Origin: Schmidtea polychroa
Lineage: Eukaryota
Length of the DNA stretch: 64,000 nt
Assembly: GCA_044892525.1 (NCBI GenBank)
Contig: CM097886.1
Location: forward strand, 22,506,001 to 22,570,000
Direction of reading: 5' to 3'
Shown here: piece by piece, positions 58,501-64,000 of the stretch
How the letters are laid out: each line of letters begins with the position of its first letter
How positions within the stretch are numbered: the stretch's first letter is position 1
Notes under the pieces: generated by a model
The model's input: only the letters and a program-made list of their open reading frames with translations
Told to the model about the DNA's origin: nothing
The model's database searches: none
Position numbers and translations under genes: made by a program

Positions 58501-58819
58501 CAATTCCACTTGCAACTGCTCACAGAATCACAACAAGAGATCGGCCAACCAATTCTATCCGTCGAATGTTTGCATGGATCACGGATATATCGACTATCAC
58601 GGCTCATTAAATCACACATCAAACAAACCGTCCAATGACGCACCATTTCTATCAAGAAATCCGGTGAGACTTATTGTTGATTAATTATGGATGAGAGGGA
58701 GATTTGAAGTCATTGTTTACGTAAATTTTCTTAATTGTCTCGGTTTCCTCCAGATAAAAATCGGGAATTCGTTGATCCGAAACCGGAATTTTATTTTAGA
58801 CTTCAATAGTGATTATTAA
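46557..58819 (+). CDS. ANKRD6: Ankyrin repeat domain protein 6 (diversin/Diego-like), multi-exon, interrupted by gaps
   Basis: Exons at ~46557-46805 (DGKSPIHIAAENGQLEILKYLL) and ~52370-53670 (HGNTSLHEAAWKGYSQTV, GDTPLHTGVRYGH, GDTALHIAAALKRRKITKLL, LFKDLAGNIKQ). A phase-0 exon at 58472-58663 (GPIGYMPIANNSTCNC) continues the diversin-like LYxxxDGxxxQxPIxxCxC segment. Start and final exon (58754-58819) are tentative. Confidence 0.75.
48740..49600 (-). mobile_element. Decayed MULE (Mutator-like) transposase fragment
   Basis: IVFGDIEFISKML...IEGTLKSSHTHFDQL resembles the MULE DGTF..F.QL motif, and a TNN motif lies downstream; many stops. Confidence 0.5.
49869..50850 (+). mobile_element. Helentron/DINE-1-like non-autonomous element (HINE)
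   Basis: 5' CTAGCTGGGGTACCTGGCGTTGCCCGGGG and 3' CATACAGACAAACAGACACACATTCACAATTATATGTTAGAT termini typical of Helentron-associated repeats. Confidence 0.55.
55594..55635 (-). ncRNA. Type I hammerhead ribozyme (helix II weakened)
   Basis: AUAGUA CUGAUGA GAGA-CAAAA-GCUA GAAAC UA GUC^UACUAU; two mismatches in helix II. Confidence 0.85.
56008..56049 (+). ncRNA. Type I hammerhead ribozyme (intact core)
   Basis: AUAGUA CUGAUGA GAGC-CAAAA-GCUC GAAAC UA GUC^UACCAU; 2-bp helix III in palindromic ACUAGU; predicted cleavage after 56043. Confidence 0.92.
56932..57864 (+). mobile_element. Penelope-like element, 5'-truncated, GIY-YIG endonuclease region, with inverted copy of its 3' end
   Basis: LVLPYS...SDLVYQLICNGCNATYIGKTSRHLCIRAREH...ERIICETLLIKSLNPKINVQ (stop at 57655-57). 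56932-57065 is the reverse complement of the 3' region at 57795-57864+. Both ends run into gaps. Confidence 0.88.
56973..57014 (-). ncRNA. Minimal type I hammerhead ribozyme of the PLE terminal repeat
   Basis: UCCCAC CUGAUGA U GACAG-GAAAA-CUGCC GAAA UAU AUC^GUG; extra nucleotide before helix II and palindromic helix III, as in PLE hammerheads. Partner copy at 57850-57864 (CUGGUGA, cut by a gap). Confidence 0.75.
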
Positions 58820-59989
58820 ATTCAACAACAGAAATTTCACTTTCCACATGCCCAGTAAGGCCTCAAATTAAGANNNNNNNNNNNNNNNNNNNNNNNNNNN
58901 NNNNNNNNNNNNNNNNNNNNNNNNNNNNNNNNNNNNNNNNNNNNNNNNNNNNNNNNNNNNNNNNNNNNNNNNNNNNNNNNNNNNNNNNNNNNNNNNNNNN
59001 NNNNNNNNNNNNNNNNNTTTTTCTCTAACTTTAATCAGTTAAGATCAAAAAGTGGGATTAAAGGTCTTAACACTAATCTGACTCCAAATAAATGTGAATA
59101 AATAGAAATATAACTTATCATATATAAGTTATAGATATGATATAGTGGGTTGCGTTCTATATAAATAAATAAAGTAAAGACAATTATTTATCACTAATGC
59201 ACTTTATTTATAATACAAGTTTATAATTATTTTTGTGTAAAATGTACAAGAAATAAAGAAACTGGATCAATGGATCCCTAAACAATGGTCTGAAAGAAGT
59301 CGATGGATCATTTGCAGCGCATCGACTTATCTTTAATCTGACAGTAAGGTGAATGGTGCTGATTTTGGGACTCCTCGGGTGCAGCGGAAACTGTCGTATA
59401 TTTCGAGGATTGTCAATGTTAATAATATTATTTAATTAATTATATCCGGATTAATGAATCCGTTGAGGTTTCCTTTTACTTTGAATTTAAAGAATTACAG
59501 ATCAGGATATGAGGTATCCTTATTTTGTTAAGAAATGAGGCTTGTCTGCAGGTTCGTCTTTGTTTAGGATAGAATGCATCTTCAAAACGCTGCTTATTTT
59601 TAAGGTTGCTAGATTCTCTCTGGATACTTACTGAAAATTCTGCAAATATCTTAATTGATTTCTCTTTGTCTCTTGAGCTTCGGAATCGACTTTCCTTTAA
59701 TAGGGAAATGTATTCCTGCTGTTTCCTATATATAAGACTTCTTGATCAACTAACACCACCTGTTGAATTGGTTCTATAAAAATCTGGTTCCAATTTTTTA
59801 AATCTACTCCCAAGCTGTCGCTTTTATATTCTATAATCGTAATAATTTGAGATTTCTTCGTTCTCCAAACTGCAATCGAGCATATTTAATGAATGTTTCT
59901 TTTTTCTTTCGGCCATCAAAATTAAAATGGTGGGGTTTATATATAAAATTAATTATAAAAATAATTATAATTAATAATAATAATGAGTG

Positions 59990-60410
59990 TAATATTCTTT
60001 GTCGGACACTTAATTGAAATAACAAACGCAAGCTTTGTTTGTGATACCTAATGCAGGTCTCAATAGTAGGCTTGTTTCGAGCATTTCCCTCTCATCAGTA
60101 CTATGTAGGAAGCGTGAAGATTTCTCTTCTCACCATCTAAGTATACAACAGTGTTGAATCAACTTCACTGTATACTTTACCTGGTACACTGAATATCACA
60201 TTGCTTGCATTTTTGATTGGTCACAGAAAATCTGTAAACTTGCAAACATGGTGTATGAAAAATTATAATCACCTCTGTGCACTAATAAAATTAGTCAAAA
60301 TGCAGAAACTGTTTGCAAGCGCATCCGATCACATTTAGCATTTAATTTTCAAAGTAGGGATGAAATATATTTTTGTCGGATGTCTGACATTTAATTAAAA
60401 TGAACATTAA
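59990..60410 (-). mobile_element. Divergent retrozyme-like monomer (~374-nt unit plus ~50-nt terminal redundancy)
   Basis: Colinear homology with the 55.5-kb unit along its length; ttgtcgga repeated at ~59999 and ~60373. Confidence 0.82.
60063..60104 (-). ncRNA. Type I hammerhead ribozyme, degenerate cleavage site
   Basis: AUAGUA CUGAUGA GAG-GGAAAUG-CUC GAAAC AA GCC UACUAU; GUC changed to GCC, predicted inactive. Confidence 0.8.
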
Positions 60411-62271
60411 TAATAATTTTTCACTTTCTATTAGTCAGAAAAGTCTATCGGTATTTCCAACCGAGGTCTATTAGAAATTCAGGTTGTCAGAAGTAAATGA
60501 GTAACGACCAAAAGCTATCCTAAAAGTAGGAAGGTGTGTCACCTCTGAAGGTATAAGACTACTTAGTGTAATGGGAAATAAAATAGAAATGGGTGATGAT
60601 GATAATGAAAATAACAATAAACATGGCCGCGAGGCAATGGGAAGTTTGGAGATTAGATATTGGAAAATGAAAATATTGAAACCAAGAACAAACTTCGTTT
60701 CTTTTGTTATGTGGCTCATTGAAAAGGTAGTAAGCAAAATTTAACAGCTAAATTAGGCCACGGTTTACCAACACCGGCAAAGAAATTTACACGAAACTGA
60801 TCAGTTGTGAAAGGTCTTTATAAGATTATTTGGTAAGTTGACATTCACCGATGACGATTTTTGGACATATTGTATACCTAAAAAGGCATTTAAATGTAAT
60901 ACGATGGAGGAAAATCATTACAAATTAACGAAGTTATTGCCAAAGAATTTGTGCAAATGGATCACCACTTTTTGTGTAATGGAAAAGTTAAGGAGCACCA
61001 CCAAATTTAAGGATACTAATTTCTGCATGTTGAGTAAATACTAAGTAAATCGGATATTTGTTAGTTTGTTTGTCCTTATCAAAACATTAAAGGGGTCTGT
61101 GATGAGACTTATTACACATATTTATGAAATACACAATAGTTCTTCAAACTTCCTATATATAGTGCCCACCAGGGTTATCTTAAAGGAAATCCGTCTCTGG
61201 ACAGACATGAGCGGATGTACTGGTCAGTTTTTACTGCGAATATGATAAAATCAAAATTGATGTATGATAAACATTCTGGATTTATTAAACCTTTTCTTAA
61301 CTATTTGTCAATGTTATTTCTGGCTCGGTATCCTTAATTTTTGATTCTTTGATATATTCTCAACCAAATAATATATAATGTTTGGTTCGGTATCTGTCAA
61401 AATGTAACCAAATCCAAATTAAAACTAGATTCGTACGAATACGCAAAAAGTCACTGCTTTGCTTTGCATGTCTCTGTAACATCAGATCATATAGCAATAG
61501 AATTACAGAAGAACTGAGGTTCTGAATACATTCGATATTGAAGATATTATTGGGTGTGTTTATATCATTGTATATGTATAATCTTTGCTTTCCCTCCAAT
61601 GTTCATAAAGGTCATGGTTACTAATATATGTGAAAACTACTGTTAGCAGCAGAGGCTGAAGTAGAAAAAGAAAAATGCATCCCTACAAAATTTGTAATCT
61701 TTTTCTTGAACATATATTTAGGTAGGTGTATAAAAATGCAAATATAATATCAATAAACACAAACCTTTTTCTATCCCATTTTTATTCTTCGTCTAGGAAG
61801 GTGAGCCCTGACAATTCTTTTGGATTGTTTTCAGCTAGGTGAATATACACATTTTAATATATACAAGTTGTAACATTTTAATCTACAAAGGATTTGAAAC
61901 ATGTTAAATTTGTCATATAGTTACAGACACATGATAGGAAAGTCCTAAGTTCAGCAATGTAAGTATTCGGATAGTATTATGCGACAGATTTATTCAGATG
62001 CATAAAATTACATAGATTCAGTTACAAGTACTTCATTTCCAACAATACGTATACAGTCCTAATCCCCGCGAGCTACATATGTACGTCTTTCTCAATTACA
62101 TATGTTGCAAAATGAGATCATTTGTCATTGAGAATTAAGAAATGTATCTATTTTCATGATTTACCGTATACAAGATACTTTTGTTTGATTGTTTCGAAAA
62201 TTCAAAATAAACACATTTGGTTAGGTATTAATATATGTCTGTAAAATTTTCATAAACCAGTGGTTTTAAAT

Positions 62272-62469
62272 GAGTATAGGACAATATCCCCCTGGACAAA
62301 TACCCCCACTCTTGTTAATAATGCATATATTTTAGTATGTATATAATAATAAAGACATTGTAGTTGTATGCATTATTAATTAATTGTCTCGGGGATATCG
62401 TCCATGGGATATCAACCGGTGGGATATTATCCAGGGGGATATTGTCGGGGGATATATTGTCTTGGTACT
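62272..62469. mobile_element. MULE-type MITE
   Basis: 9-bp TSD GTTTTAAAT; inverted arrays of GGACAATATCCCC / GGGGATATTGTC motifs. Confidence 0.8.
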
Positions 62470-63171
62470 GTTTTAAATACAAGAAAATTGATTTAAAAAA
62501 ACTCCAGTTACTCTCGCCTCGTCCAAGCAGCATCCGAGGCAGCGTTTTTTCCTACTCAATTCTTGTTCAGCCTCCGCTTATAAAAATTCAAAAGATCATA
62601 CAAAGTATATTGAATAAATTTGATTCTTTTCACAAATGCGCTCTATCAATCAGTTCATCCAATCATATCCATCCAAACTGCATATAGTAACAGTAATATT
62701 CACTTTGTACAATTTTCACCAAATCTACACAAATCTTCTTTAAATTTTTTTCACTGATTTTTTTTATAATTTTTACATTATTTTATTCTTCTTTCTATAT
62801 GAAGCTGGTTCCATTAATCTTAGTTCCGTTCTCTCGCTTATTTCCCTTTCTGTTTACTTAATTCACAGGTGTATGTAAAACTTGACTACATGTTTAAAAG
62901 ATGTAATATAAAATATTTTCTTCTCCTGTCCATTACAGCCAAATTCTCATCTATTGCCGTGATCAGGATTCCCGAAAACCTTTGCGTTGTCTTTTAAATT
63001 TGTAACTTTGTTACTTATCTGTCCTTTTCTTTAATTAATTAATAATTCTGTTTTTCACTCTCTTCAATACAAGCCTTCACGTACCAAAAATATTTTGTTC
63101 CGCAAATTAATTTCTTTCCATAAGCTTTAATCCAGGCTATCTTTCAGTTTGCTATCCTTTCATACAGTGAG

Positions 63172-63620
63172 CATGGCCGTATTAATAAGTTTGAGCGCCC
63201 TGGGCTAAATAAAATTTTGCACCCCTACATACTTTTATTATAAAAATTCAATTTTATTTTCAAAAATTCAAAACTTAAATATGCATTTACGCCAAACAAA
63301 ATTCAAAAAATTTATATAAATATGTGAATTAAATATTAATTTTTAATTTAAATATGTCTTTTGCGGCATTTATTTTTAGCAAATATATCTATAATTTTCT
63401 TGTGATCCAGTTTCTCAAGGACATCCGATTCTATTGACAAAATACTTAAATTATTTAATTTGTATTGTTCTAAAGATGATCTTAGATGATTTTTTATTCT
63501 CTTGAGAGTTGAAAACGACCTTTCTCCGCTACAATTTGTACAGGCGATACTTAAATACATTCGTAGAGCTGTTGTTATATTCGGATAAATTAATGTGATT
63601 CAATAATACAAGGTTTGCTC
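63172..63620 (-). mobile_element. hAT (Tip100/ZMYM1-like) transposon 3' end
   Basis: Dimerisation domain YLSIACTNCSGERSFSTLKRIKNHLRSSL (63348-63560); terminus CATGGCCGTATTAA...GCGCCC. Confidence 0.8.
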
Positions 63621-64000
63621 AATCTGTAAAATACAAGGTCGGCTCAAGCCGCCATTAATGAGGAGCAAATTTTTAACTGACAAGCAATTAATTTTATTTT
63701 TAAATTGGTTTTAAATGTGGTTAAATAATTATGTATAAAGTTTTTTTTTTCTTTGGTAATTTTTATAAGAATTTTAATAAAAGTTTGTGATACTTTAAAA
63801 TGTAATCAAAGTCGAATTTAATCTTTATAGAAGTTAGGTCATTAGCATACATGGTTTATATGGATGAGAAAAAATATAACATTGAACACATTACTAACTT
63901 AAATCACAGATACGCTAAATATAAAGAAAATTACTTTTTTTTTAATTAAAAAAAGCAATTAAATTTCACCATCTTCTTTTCTTAGCGCCCTCGGATCGAT

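Noticed and set aside
60172-60185. U1 snRNA-like ATACTTTACCTGG
   Set aside because: Only a short imperfect match, not conserved in the other copy, with no U1 stem-loops or Sm site.

Overview
AT-rich, transposon-dense eukaryotic (animal) scaffold with N-gaps and very short (~45-50 nt) GT-AG introns. These features fit a parasite-type genome such as a myxozoan cnidarian, but the taxon is inferred, not shown. Host genes reconstructed by splicing: a selenocysteine-containing thioredoxin reductase (C-terminal GC-UGA-G-stop with a type II SECIS), BCL7, ANKRD6/diversin, a tiny divergent bZIP, and a DYRK-like kinase pseudogene. Mobile DNA: three Ty3/Gypsy remnants, a nearly intact NeSL-like non-LTR element (zinc fingers + Ulp1 protease + RT + restriction-like endonuclease), hAT, mariner, DD41D, IS630/Tc1, MULE, piggyBac and Helentron-type elements or MITEs, and a Penelope-like element (PLE) fragment. 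The most notable signal is not covered by any ORF. It is a family of ~373-nt structured non-coding repeats, each carrying a type I hammerhead ribozyme (retrozyme-like), present as a tandem-plus-inverted array (55.5-56.1 kb) and a divergent 1.1-unit copy (60.0-60.4 kb). Between them lies a hammerhead-bearing PLE with the same inverted architecture. The second notable signal is an in-frame UGA-CUA followed by a 10-bp hairpin in the NeSL-like element, resembling a programmed readthrough cassette.
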